From positions 1 to 64,000 of the IMG/VR virus record IMGVR_UViG_3300027974_000031: 64,000 bases of DNA. One strand, written 5' to 3'. The notes under the pieces are model-generated. The model ran no database searches. It saw only the letters and a list, made by a program, of their open reading frames with translations, and had not been told where the DNA came from. Positions 1 through 9,873 of this stretch are shown in pieces (within the stretch, counting starts at the first letter, position 1; the number at the start of each line of letters is the position of its first letter). The DNA is from a virus (Duplodnaviria; Caudoviricetes). The position numbers and the translations under genes were made by a program.

Positions 1-144
1 CAGGTAACATTCCGCTTAGAGTTCCGAGTCACAAATGGTTCAACTGCGGGCAACATTACATTGCAATGTGCAACAGTTACTAGTAACGTAGCTACAATTT
101 ACGCAGGCACACGAATGACCTACACTAAAGCAACATCAGTATAA
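1..144 (+). CDS. 3' end of a gene (partial), probably fibre/virion protein C-terminus
   Basis: Frame 1 is open from the window edge to TAA at 142-144 (QVTFRLEFRVTNGSTAGNITLQCATVTSNVATIYAGTRMTYTKATSV); beta-rich, structural context. Confidence 0.6.
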   Translation, partial: QVTFRLEFRVTNGSTAGNITLQCATVTSNVATIYAGTRMTYTKATSV

Positions 145-153
145 ATAAAAAAT

Positions 154-498
154 ATGCAAATAAAAATAACAACAACATTAAATATATCAGAAGAAAATAA
201 ACCATTGATACCTCTAGTAAGCAACGATATTGGATACGAGCAATGGAGACTAACAACTATAAATGATGCCAGAGAAAAAGCTCGCACAGATAATGTAGAG
301 TTTAATGCTGATATTTTAGATGTATCATCAAATGCATTTATCAAAGCATTTTTATCTCTTGACTATACACAAAGATTAAAGAATATCATAACACCTGTGG
401 TTAATAAGTATTATGGAATTGTAATGCAAACTCAAGCCAATGCAGTTAAAAATCAACTTGATGCTGCATTAACAACACAAGTAGAAATTATAGAATAA
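154..498 (+). CDS. hypothetical late protein
   Basis: 114-aa ORF preceded by TATAAATA-N6-ATG. Confidence 0.75.
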   Translation: MQIKITTTLNISEENKPLIPLVSNDIGYEQWRLTTINDAREKARTDNVEFNADILDVSSNAFIKAFLSLDYTQRLKNIITPVVNKYYGIVMQTQANAVKNQLDAALTTQVEIIE

Positions 499-601
499 TA
501 AATTAATCTTTTTATCCTGCTAAATTATTTAAATCTTTTAATTTTTCTTCATATTTTTTAAATTATTTTTACTAAATTAATATAACAGGTAAATATATAT
601 A

Positions 602-1380
602 ATGAATACACTGTCACAAATCTTAACACAACAATACGCAAATCAAGGTATTCAAGATTTAGAAATTTTTTATGATTCTTACTTTTTCAATTTAAAAATA
701 AAAAATAATTTAGAATATTAGAATATAATAACGTTATTTTAATTGAAAAACTAGGTTTTGACTATAGTTCAGTTAGTATAAATAGATTAAAAAGCGGAAT
801 AACAGTAAATTTTGGTGACTCGGAAGAATCAACTCCTTTTTATTCTAAAGGAAATTGCTTTATAAAAAGTATTTTAATAGAAGGTAAAAAACAAGTTTTA
901 ATAGTTGGTTTAAAAAAGATGATTAATGGAAACACTATTCCAATAATTTATCTATATGATATAAACAAACATTCAGTTGAAAGTATTTTTCCAAAACAAA
1001 GTGATATAAATAATTTTAATTCTTTTAGTAATTATACTTTTAAAAATAATAATCTTCCAATTGTAAATTTAGTAAATGATAAATTATACATGATTTATCA
1101 AACAGAACAAGGTTCATTTAATTATATAAATTCTTTAATCTTTAAATTAAACAATGATTCTTGTAAATTAATACATTATGAAATAGTAAAGTATTTAAAT
1201 GTGTTTAATATTCATTTTACAAATGTTAATGAATCTTTTTTAAATTATAAATTAGATAATTATAACGGAATTTTAAGAAGAACAAATATAGATTCTCCTA
1301 TTTTGAACCAAATCTTCTTAGATGACAACAATTCATTCTTAACTCTTGATAATTCAGAAATTTTAGGAATTGATTTATAA
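602..1380 (+). pseudogene. late gene frameshifted by an 8-bp tandem duplication (or an assembly error)
   Basis: TAAATA-N6-ATG at 602. TTAGAATA occurs twice (710-717, 718-725); removing one copy joins MNTLSQ...NNLEY in frame to the frame of the 919..1380 ORF, which is already open from 721. Confidence 0.7.
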
Positions 1381-1392
1381 ATACATAAATAT

Positions 1393-2226
1393 ATGGCAAC
1401 AGTTAATTTTTCAGATCTTCAAGCATCTTCAAATGCGACTACTAATAGTCAAGTTTTAGTAAGACTAGATAATAGTCTTTCTGGTATAGATGGATTTAGT
1501 CGAGTATCCGTTTTTAATTTTGGAAAAAGTTTAAATGTTAATTCTACTGTTGCATCAAATTCTGCTACAAACTGGAATTATCAAGGAACAGATATTAAAT
1601 CTTTAACAAGTAACTGGCAAAATACATATACCAATTTTTCAGCACAATCTGCTAATAATTTAAGTGTTTATACCACTGTAAATGCTAATAGTGCTACAAA
1701 TTGGAATTATCAAGGAAATGATATTAAATCTTTAACAGGTAATTGGCAAAATACATATTCTACAGTTAGTTCTTATTCTGCAACATGGAATAGTGGTGGT
1801 GGATATTCTACCACATTTCTTAGCGGTGGAACTACAAATCAGATTTTCACAAAAAATAACAATTCTGATTATAATGGTTCGTGGAAAAATAAAAGAATTT
1901 CATACACTCTACCAACATTAACTGCTACAGGTGTAATTAATTGTAATGCATTATCGGCTGATCAATTTGTTGTAAGTATTAGTGGTATTTCTGTAAGTGC
2001 TACATTTGCCGCACCTACAGATCCATATGATGCGCAGCTTATAATGTGGAATGTTCGGTACAGGACCAATATTGCGAGTGTTTCCTTATCATCTAATTTT
2101 AGATTACCTACCACAACTCTGAATTGGTCCATTTCAGCAAATACTATGGATATATTTGCTGCAAAATATAATTCACTTGATGTAAAATGGGATGTGGTTA
2201 GTTTTGCACCAGGGTATACAATATAA
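1393..2226 (+). CDS. fibre-like virion protein with a duplicated 42-aa unit
   Basis: Two copies of NSATNWNYQG(T/N)DIKSLT(S/G)NWQNTY; S/T/N-rich; GGTTNQIFTKNNNSDYNGSW fibre-type motif. Confidence 0.65.
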   Translation: MATVNFSDLQASSNATTNSQVLVRLDNSLSGIDGFSRVSVFNFGKSLNVNSTVASNSATNWNYQGTDIKSLTSNWQNTYTNFSAQSANNLSVYTTVNANSATNWNYQGNDIKSLTGNWQNTYSTVSSYSATWNSGGGYSTTFLSGGTTNQIFTKNNNSDYNGSWKNKRISYTLPTLTATGVINCNALSADQFVVSISGISVSATFAAPTDPYDAQLIMWNVRYRTNIASVSLSSNFRLPTTTLNWSISANTMDIFAAKYNSLDVKWDVVSFAPGYTI

Positions 2227-2232
2227 CAATTT

Positions 2233-2703
2233 ATGGATTACTATTTTTCTAATAATGGATCAGATGATGAATTTTGGAATAATGCGGACAACTGGTGGAC
2301 TGATTCTCAACTTACTATTCCACTCAACAGTGTGCCATCTCCTGTCGCGGGTGATAATGTGTTTTTACAAAGTGCTCTAAGTTATGCATATCCACTTTCC
2401 ATCAACTTTAATATAATTAATAACAGCACATTTACTAATGATGGTGGTTACACTGTTATTAATAATGGTACATTTACTAATAATAGTGGTAAAACATTTA
2501 AGAATAGTGGTAGCGGTAGCACATTTATTAATAATGGCACATTTAGTATTAAAGGAAATGCTTTTTTTATAAATTCCCCGTTATCAGTATTCAAGAATTA
2601 TGGAACTTTTATATATGGTGATATATATACAACAAAATTTAGAGGATCGGTTTTTCCACAGGTTCCATCATCTGCCGCATTTGGAACAGCAATATTATTT
2701 TAA
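2233..2703 (+). CDS. hypothetical beta-helix-like protein
   Basis: 156 aa with repeated (I)NNGTFTN motifs. Confidence 0.6.
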   Translation: MDYYFSNNGSDDEFWNNADNWWTDSQLTIPLNSVPSPVAGDNVFLQSALSYAYPLSINFNIINNSTFTNDGGYTVINNGTFTNNSGKTFKNSGSGSTFINNGTFSIKGNAFFINSPLSVFKNYGTFIYGDIYTTKFRGSVFPQVPSSAAFGTAILF

Positions 2704-2849
2704 TTATAGCTAAATTAAATAATTTGTATGATTAACCTATCATCTGATTATAATAAAAATATTCGTATCTATTATGTCTAGAATACAACTTCTAGAAGAT
2801 AGTAAACTATATGTATTTAATTTGAATAAACCCGACATAAATATAGATA

Positions 2850-5618
2850 ATGACAACAGTTCTTTCATCTTTATCTGCTTTATATCCTTTCTCATCTGTA
2901 TACAAACCAGATAATTTAAATTTTATAAATTTTGAAAGAGGTTTAAACATACCACTATCAACAGTTTCAACATCTAACATATTGTTAAATTTTGAAGCAT
3001 TTAGTAATAAATTTAAAAATATAAGTTTTTCTAAAGATTATTATTGTTTTTTAACAGACTTTTCTAATCTCTCATCTTATTTTGATTCATTAACACAATT
3101 TTCTGCAATTTCATGTGGATACGACATGAAAGAATTTTTAACAAAATATGATTGGGTAAAAAATAATTTCTCACAAAGCACAACAGGGTATAATCAGACT
3201 CAATTTTTAGGAATTGTAGATAAAAGTTTAAATTTTAATATTCTTCCACTTAAAACAAAATATTCTATTAACAATGATCTTTATTCTGATACAGAAAATT
3301 ATAGAGAATATCAAAAAATTTATGATGTTGCTGATTCTCTTTTTTTACAATTTAAAACTGATAAAATTCCTTTTACATTAGAACCAGACAAATATTCATT
3401 GTTATTCAATTCTTATAATGTAACAAGTTGTTATATTAATAATGCAGAGTTTATTAATAACGGTGCTGTTGGTGGAAATTGTCCTTTGAATTCTGATGTT
3501 ATATTCTTTGAACAAAATGAGTATGGCAGTTACACTAATAATGGAACAGAAAACATAAACAGTGTAAACAACGGAACACTTCTGTGTTTATGGCTTTCGT
3601 CACAAACAGTTGAGCCAAGTTCAAATAAAATTTGGGCAGAAAGATGGTATGATCCAAACACTGTTTCAGAAGGTGATGCTTTCATTTCACAAAAAAATAC
3701 ACTTTCTTCAAGTTTTACATATATTGTAGACATTCCATCAAACAAAATTCTTTCGGAAAAAGAAAAATTAACTTATCTAAGATATGGGCCAAAAAGAAAT
3801 GAAACTTTCTTAAACAGTTTTTCTGATGATTTACAAATTTATTTTAAAAATTGGGACAGTAAATTTGTTTCAGAAGTTAATAATATTTCGGGTTATATTG
3901 TAGGAGATTATCCTCTTGCATCTGACACTCTAATGCTAAATGGAGTTATTCATGCACACATTCCACCAGAAGATGATCTTTATATCGAAAATGACCTTAC
4001 AGTAAGTTTGTGGACATATGCAAGCGATTGGACTACTAATAACGATTCGCAATTATTTGGTAATTTTTATAACGAAAGTGGATATGGAATTTTCTATAAC
4101 ACAGGAACAACGAATAATCTAATTTCTATTCCTACAAGTTCAAATAATCTTTATGCTTTAAACTATAAAGGATATAAAGTTTTCGAAAAAGATTTAAAAC
4201 AAGATTTAGGATTGTCCGCAATATCTATAAATTACATAAAAACAGATTTATTCGGTAATCGGTGGCTATATGATAGCTATAACAATAATTTATATAAAAT
4301 TGAAAATGACGATTTGGCAGTTCTTACAATTAATCTTCCTAGTAATTCTGATATAACAAAAATGGAATGTGATTCTAATAATAATCTTTATTTCTTAGAT
4401 AACTATTCAAAGAGTATTTCTTCTGTAAATTCTTTTGGAAATTTTATTTCAAGTTATTCTATAGCATCATATCAAGATATTTTTGACATTGATTTAAACA
4501 ATAACATTGTTGCAGATTGTGGGGAATTTTTATCTTTTAACAGTCTTAATCAGCCAATTAAAATGATTGGACCAACACTTTATGTTAATGGTGATAGAGT
4601 TCTTCACTTAACAGATAAACCACAAGCTTTAAGAATTGATTCATATGATAATATTTGGATTTTATTCAAAAATGAAATTATAAAAACTGATCCAAAAGGA
4701 AAAGTTTTGATTGAAAAATCTTTAAAACTTTCATTTACTGACACTGATGCTGAAATGTGTTTTGTTAAAAATTATTCTAATAATAAAGAAATAATTCAGT
4801 TATGGATTGTATTTAATAAAGGACAACAAATTATTATATTAGATTCTAATGGTGAAATAGTTAAAAGAATTGATTTAATAAATCTTTTTGTTGGTCGTTT
4901 ATGTCAAAATTTTATGTTAAATGTTACAGGTGATTTTACTGGTTTTGATTCAAAGAGAAAATATGAAAGAGTAAATTCTAAACCTATAACTATAAAAAAT
5001 CCTGCATTTTCTATTAGAGCAGAATTGGTTTGCGGTAATAATCGCCAACTTCTTAGAATGGACAGTCCTGCAATTTATGCAAAAGGTTGGAATCATTTAG
5101 CATTTTCAATTAAAAATAAAAAAGATTCTACAGTTGCTAATTTTTATATAAACGGAAGATTAATTAATTCTCAAAGTTTTGCTAAAAACTATAAAATTGA
5201 TTATAAATATCGTTCATCGCCGTTTATTATCGGAGGAATAAGCGGAAAACTTGGTGCTAAAAATATTGAAAAGGCTATTATCAGAAATGGTTACTTTTTT
5301 GGTGAGGTAGATGAGATTAGAGTTTATAAAAAAGCTTTAAATGATTTTCAAATCTTAAATCTTTATTTAAATGCGCATTATAATAAATGGGAACCGCTTT
5401 CTTTTTACATAAAAACGCCAGAAATAACTATGATGGAAGAAATTGATACTTTTCACATTAATCGCTACAAAGGATTTAAATCAAATTATTTTAATATTAA
5501 AATTAAAAACTTTACAAATAATTCCAAGTTAAAAACTTTGATAGAAAATTATATTCGTGATAATATATCATCATTTACCCCTGCAAATACACAATTAAAC
5601 AAAGTAATATTTGAATAA
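2850..5618 (+). CDS. large virion protein with LamG/concanavalin-like and beta-propeller-like regions
   Basis: GWNHLAF...FYINGRL...FIIGG...FFGEVDEIRVYKKALNDFQILNLY is a LamG signature; late promoter upstream. Confidence 0.7.
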   Translation: MTTVLSSLSALYPFSSVYKPDNLNFINFERGLNIPLSTVSTSNILLNFEAFSNKFKNISFSKDYYCFLTDFSNLSSYFDSLTQFSAISCGYDMKEFLTKYDWVKNNFSQSTTGYNQTQFLGIVDKSLNFNILPLKTKYSINNDLYSDTENYREYQKIYDVADSLFLQFKTDKIPFTLEPDKYSLLFNSYNVTSCYINNAEFINNGAVGGNCPLNSDVIFFEQNEYGSYTNNGTENINSVNNGTLLCLWLSSQTVEPSSNKIWAERWYDPNTVSEGDAFISQKNTLSSSFTYIVDIPSNKILSEKEKLTYLRYGPKRNETFLNSFSDDLQIYFKNWDSKFVSEVNNISGYIVGDYPLASDTLMLNGVIHAHIPPEDDLYIENDLTVSLWTYASDWTTNNDSQLFGNFYNESGYGIFYNTGTTNNLISIPTSSNNLYALNYKGYKVFEKDLKQDLGLSAISINYIKTDLFGNRWLYDSYNNNLYKIENDDLAVLTINLPSNSDITKMECDSNNNLYFLDNYSKSISSVNSFGNFISSYSIASYQDIFDIDLNNNIVADCGEFLSFNSLNQPIKMIGPTLYVNGDRVLHLTDKPQALRIDSYDNIWILFKNEIIKTDPKGKVLIEKSLKLSFTDTDAEMCFVKNYSNNKEIIQLWIVFNKGQQIIILDSNGEIVKRIDLINLFVGRLCQNFMLNVTGDFTGFDSKRKYERVNSKPITIKNPAFSIRAELVCGNNRQLLRMDSPAIYAKGWNHLAFSIKNKKDSTVANFYINGRLINSQSFAKNYKIDYKYRSSPFIIGGISGKLGAKNIEKAIIRNGYFFGEVDEIRVYKKALNDFQILNLYLNAHYNKWEPLSFYIKTPEITMMEEIDTFHINRYKGFKSNYFNIKIKNFTNNSKLKTLIENYIRDNISSFTPANTQLNKVIFE

Positions 5619-5644
5619 AATACTTAAAGACATAAGTAATTTTT

Positions 5645-7888
5645 ATGAATCCAACAGATCGTTTATTAAAATCATTACCTCATATCAGAAACTTGTTCGG
5701 TGATGATGAATTTCAAAAAGTAAATACCCGATACGAATTATTTGATAACTCTTCAATATCAAAGGATAAAAGAGTTCAAAGACTTTCTGTTACAAATGCA
5801 TTTGATTATGACTTAGATCAAATGAATGGTGGTTCTCGTATATCAAACATGTATTATCATCAGTTGATGTATAATTCTACATCAGATGATAAAAAAAGAC
5901 GAACAGATGATTATCGTTCAATGGCAAATTACCCAGAAGTTGAGCGTGCATTAACTGAAATTGTAAACGAATTTTTTGAAAAAGATGACAAAGGAAGAGT
6001 TGCAAAGTTTAATTTGTCAGGAGATTATAACGAAGAAGTAAAAACTCTTATCCAAGATGAATTTTTTAGATTTATTGAAATTTTTAAATTAGATGAAAAA
6101 GGTTCCAGATTTATTCGCGATTGGTTGATTGAAGGTGAATTATTTTTTGAAAATATTGTTTCTGTGAAAAAACCAGAGTTAGGAGTTATTGGTGTTACAA
6201 GAATATCAGCAGATCGTTGTGATCCTCTTTACTATGATTTAGATAATGAACTAATTGATTGCTTTTTATTAAGAGCTAAATCTCCTGACATGTATCCTTT
6301 TCAATGGGGTAAGTTTACTGCACAAGCATCATATGGCACAAATCATCAACATCAGTTATTGTTTATGAATGATAAACAAATAACTTATATATCAAATGAT
6401 CAATGGAGTGATGGTAAAAAGTTTAAACTTCCTGTGTTACATTATGCACATCGTCCATACCGTCAATTATCACTAATCGAAGATGCTACAGTTATATACA
6501 TGCTTGTTCGTGCTCCAGAACGTCTTGTTTTTACAGTTGATGTTGGTAATATGCAGCCAAGCAAAGCTGAACAATACATGAAACGTCTCATGGGCCAATT
6601 CTGGAGTAAAAAAACAATTGCCAGAGACGGTAGAGTTGAAAACGTTTATGATCCACAAGGAATGCTAGAAAACTACTGGTTTCCTGTTCGCGAAGGTGGA
6701 AAAGCAAGTGATGTTAAATCTATTGGTGGTGGTAAGTCAAGTCCTGACAACCTTGAAATCTTAAATTATTTCGTTCAAAAGCTTTACCAGAGTCTTAAAG
6801 TTCCTCTTTCTCGTTTAAATTCAGAAGCAGCTTTTGCTGATGGTGAAAGTATTACCAGAGAAGAATTAGCATTTGCAGAATACATTATTAATATTCAAAA
6901 ATTATGGGCAGCAGCACTTAAAAAGTCGTTTATTGTTCACCTAAAACTCAAAGGTAAGAAAATACTAGAATCTGCTAAAAAATTAAATATTGATAAAATC
7001 ATGATTCGTGGTGGTAACTTACCTCAAAATAGTTTTCAAGTTTCTCAAGTTTTTAAAGATTCATTTACTAATAAGTGCTGGGATAATTATGATTTATTAT
7101 CAGAAGAAGTTCTAAATACTTTACAAGTTCTTCGTGAAAATATAAATTCTCAAAAAGAAAATTTATTGAACGAAATAAATGTTATTGAAGAATCATTATC
7201 TAACATTAATGAAGGAATTATTCTTGAATCAGAAGAATTTAACAAAAGTGTACTACAAAAATCACTAGAAGGAATTTATGAAGAACTACAATATGTAAAT
7301 GAACAAGAAACAGATTTAGATGAAGTAAACGCTGATATGCTTTCTTGGTGGGAACAATATGATTTAAGAGAAGAAGACATAATGGTTAATTTTGTTGCAC
7401 CAAGTCAATTTTTTGCTCTTCGTGAACAACAACTTTTTAATATAAAGTACGAGAATTTTAATAATATGAGTCAGAATGATTTCGTGTCTAATACTCTTGC
7501 ATTAAAAATGTATCTAGGATGGACTGATAGAGAAATCTTAACAAACTTGGATATGCTTCGTAAAGATGCTGCATTCCGTTGGGAACTTGCTCAGATTGAA
7601 CAAAATGGTCCAGACTTCCGCGAAAAAGCTCTTGAAGAAATTCAAGGAACTGCTATGGCAGGCGGTGAAGGCGGTGATATTGGCCTTGGTGGATTAGGCG
7701 GAGGCGGAGGCGGTGGAGGTCCATCACCTCTTCCAAGTCCATCAGGTAGTGGTGGCGGAGGAGGCGGAGGTGGTAAAAGTGAGTCTTTACCAGATTTCGG
7801 AACACCTCCTCCACCAGGAGCAGAGGGCGGACCACCAGAAGCAGGTGAAGCACAAGCTGAAAATGAAGAGCCTTCACCTGAAGCATAA
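5645..7888 (+). CDS. portal protein, T4 gp20-like
   Basis: YRSMANYPEVERALTEIVNE, QLSLIEDATVIYMLVRAPERLVFTVDVGNM, MLENYWFPVREGG, KLYQSLKVPLSRL, ITREELAF match gp20-family motifs; Gly/Pro/Glu-rich tail. Confidence 0.95.
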   Translation: MNPTDRLLKSLPHIRNLFGDDEFQKVNTRYELFDNSSISKDKRVQRLSVTNAFDYDLDQMNGGSRISNMYYHQLMYNSTSDDKKRRTDDYRSMANYPEVERALTEIVNEFFEKDDKGRVAKFNLSGDYNEEVKTLIQDEFFRFIEIFKLDEKGSRFIRDWLIEGELFFENIVSVKKPELGVIGVTRISADRCDPLYYDLDNELIDCFLLRAKSPDMYPFQWGKFTAQASYGTNHQHQLLFMNDKQITYISNDQWSDGKKFKLPVLHYAHRPYRQLSLIEDATVIYMLVRAPERLVFTVDVGNMQPSKAEQYMKRLMGQFWSKKTIARDGRVENVYDPQGMLENYWFPVREGGKASDVKSIGGGKSSPDNLEILNYFVQKLYQSLKVPLSRLNSEAAFADGESITREELAFAEYIINIQKLWAAALKKSFIVHLKLKGKKILESAKKLNIDKIMIRGGNLPQNSFQVSQVFKDSFTNKCWDNYDLLSEEVLNTLQVLRENINSQKENLLNEINVIEESLSNINEGIILESEEFNKSVLQKSLEGIYEELQYVNEQETDLDEVNADMLSWWEQYDLREEDIMVNFVAPSQFFALREQQLFNIKYENFNNMSQNDFVSNTLALKMYLGWTDREILTNLDMLRKDAAFRWELAQIEQNGPDFREKALEEIQGTAMAGGEGGDIGLGGLGGGGGGGGPSPLPSPSGSGGGGGGGGKSESLPDFGTPPPPGAEGGPPEAGEAQAENEEPSPEA

Positions 7889-7906
7889 AAATATAAGTAG
7901 ATTTAT

Positions 7907-9826
7907 ATGAATAACGTAGCTCCAGAAGGTTTTGGGTCAACATACCTAAACAGTAGAATAGAAAATTACGCAGACCTAGTTTATCGCACAAAGTCTTTGT
8001 TAGGATGGCCTTCTGCGCCCGTAGAAATTACTGATGAACAGTGGGGTCATATTATTGATAAAGCTGTTGAAGATTTTACAGAATTTGAAGGAAATCGCGA
8101 AGAAGAATATCTTGTTTTTTGTTCAAATTCTTATAAAAGAAATTGCGGTGTAAAACTTGATGATTTATTAAATGTTGGTTGTAACGAACAATATTGTTAT
8201 ACAACAACAGTTGTAGAAGAAGTTACTTCAACATATAAAAGTTGCAACCTTCTTGGAACTTCAACCGCATATCTTTCAACAGATCCATTCAGTTATCCCA
8301 CACAATACAACTATCTTAATCCGAACTCACTTCCTTTTTCTGGATTAAGTGGTCAGAATTTTTATATTTATTTTGATCCTGAAAATCCTTGGGATGCAAC
8401 AGGAATTTGTGGTGCAAATTGTGTAACAATTAATCCTTTAAATTCTCGCTGGTATCTTCTTTCTAGCAATCCTAGCTTATCAGCAACAAGATTTAATTTC
8501 ATAACAAATCCTATATTATCAGCAGTTCTTTCAGCAGTATCTTATAATGTAGAACAATACGGTTTTACAAATGTGCCAATGTCTGCACTTGGTAGTTCTG
8601 TTTCTGCAATTCCAATCAAATATTATCCACTATCATCATTTTATGGAGTAGATAAAGTAAATGGTCCAGCAGTTTCTGCATGTATTAATATAGGAATGGG
8701 CAAAGGTTTTGTTTATCCTAATTGCGATTTAACAAAAATAAGATCTTGTGCTGCATTAACAGCACAGTATGGAATTTCACCAAGTGTTACTGCAAGTTGG
8801 CCTAATTCTTCATTGGATTTTTCATCTGCAACTCATTTAAAATTATTTGGTGTTCCATCATGCACAAATGATGGTTCTATTCCATTAGACTCTAATGATG
8901 GTATTCTTGGAACATTTACTCTTTGTAATACAGCATTTTCAACAAATGGTCCAATGTCTCTTCGTAAAGTTCAATTCTTTAACGACTATAAACCACCTCT
9001 TGAAATATTGTATGAACAAAACTGCAATTGGACTAACAACGGTTTTACATTCTCTTATTACAATTCTGCATATTCTGATTGTGTTCGTCACACGCCAGCA
9101 AAGGTTCCTGTTGATGTAACATTCGCAAATTGCACAACAATCACAGAGATTGGAACAGTTTCTTCTGTTTTAAGCAGCAATTATGATGCTTTTATAAATC
9201 GTAAAAGAAAAGTTTTAGGTGTGTTTAATGCTGATACTTCATCTCAAGGCGGATATTTTGGCGGTGGAGGAGACTTACTTTTCAACTTTGACTATGCGCT
9301 TCTTGCAAATACTTTTGGATATGATTTAATGGGAAATCGAAATGTTCTTGGTAAACAAGGATATGACTTATTAACATATCATATGGCACGTTCTTTTGTT
9401 GAACATTCTAAAAAGATTTTAAGATATGTTTCTTATCAATTCAACCCAAAAACACAATATTTGAAGCTTATGCCTGAACCAGCAGCAGCTAATAATCTTT
9501 CTAATTCTACATGTCCTTCTGCAACATGTTGTAGCAATGGTATTATGAATCCAATGTCAACACAATGTTATATTGTTGGTGTTTATCTTGAACCACCTGT
9601 GGAACAAATCTTAAGTTCATACTTTATCAAAGAATATGTTCTTGCACTTTCAATGATTACTCTTGGTCGTATTCGTAACACTTATGGTGGAGTTACACTC
9701 TATGGTGGTGCAACACTTACTGGACAAGATTTATTAGCTAAAGGTGAAGAAAAAGCTAAAGAACTTCTTGCAGAACTTCGCGATCAGTTAAGATATTCGG
9801 CTCCGCCCATGTTTAGTATTGGCTGA
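7907..9826 (+). CDS. neck protein, T4 gp13-like, with a large Cys-rich insertion
   Basis: N-terminal LLGWPSAPVEITDEQW..IIDKAVE and C-terminal FIKEYVLAL..ITLGRIR..YGGVTLYGGATLTG...PPMFSIG. Confidence 0.85.
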   Translation: MNNVAPEGFGSTYLNSRIENYADLVYRTKSLLGWPSAPVEITDEQWGHIIDKAVEDFTEFEGNREEEYLVFCSNSYKRNCGVKLDDLLNVGCNEQYCYTTTVVEEVTSTYKSCNLLGTSTAYLSTDPFSYPTQYNYLNPNSLPFSGLSGQNFYIYFDPENPWDATGICGANCVTINPLNSRWYLLSSNPSLSATRFNFITNPILSAVLSAVSYNVEQYGFTNVPMSALGSSVSAIPIKYYPLSSFYGVDKVNGPAVSACINIGMGKGFVYPNCDLTKIRSCAALTAQYGISPSVTASWPNSSLDFSSATHLKLFGVPSCTNDGSIPLDSNDGILGTFTLCNTAFSTNGPMSLRKVQFFNDYKPPLEILYEQNCNWTNNGFTFSYYNSAYSDCVRHTPAKVPVDVTFANCTTITEIGTVSSVLSSNYDAFINRKRKVLGVFNADTSSQGGYFGGGGDLLFNFDYALLANTFGYDLMGNRNVLGKQGYDLLTYHMARSFVEHSKKILRYVSYQFNPKTQYLKLMPEPAAANNLSNSTCPSATCCSNGIMNPMSTQCYIVGVYLEPPVEQILSSYFIKEYVLALSMITLGRIRNTYGGVTLYGGATLTGQDLLAKGEEKAKELLAELRDQLRYSAPPMFSIG

Positions 9827-9873
9827 GTCATTATGCACTTGCTATGTTCTTTTTAGGTATGTAAGTATTTAAA

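Noticed and set aside
7655-7885. GC-rich GGC/GGA repeats as foreign DNA or separate ORFs (7653..7991, 7713..7910)
   Set aside because: Explained by the Gly/Pro-rich disordered portal tail
6952-9180. Inteins in the portal or neck insertions
   Set aside because: No C/S...HN-C/S/T splice junctions or LAGLIDADG motifs were found
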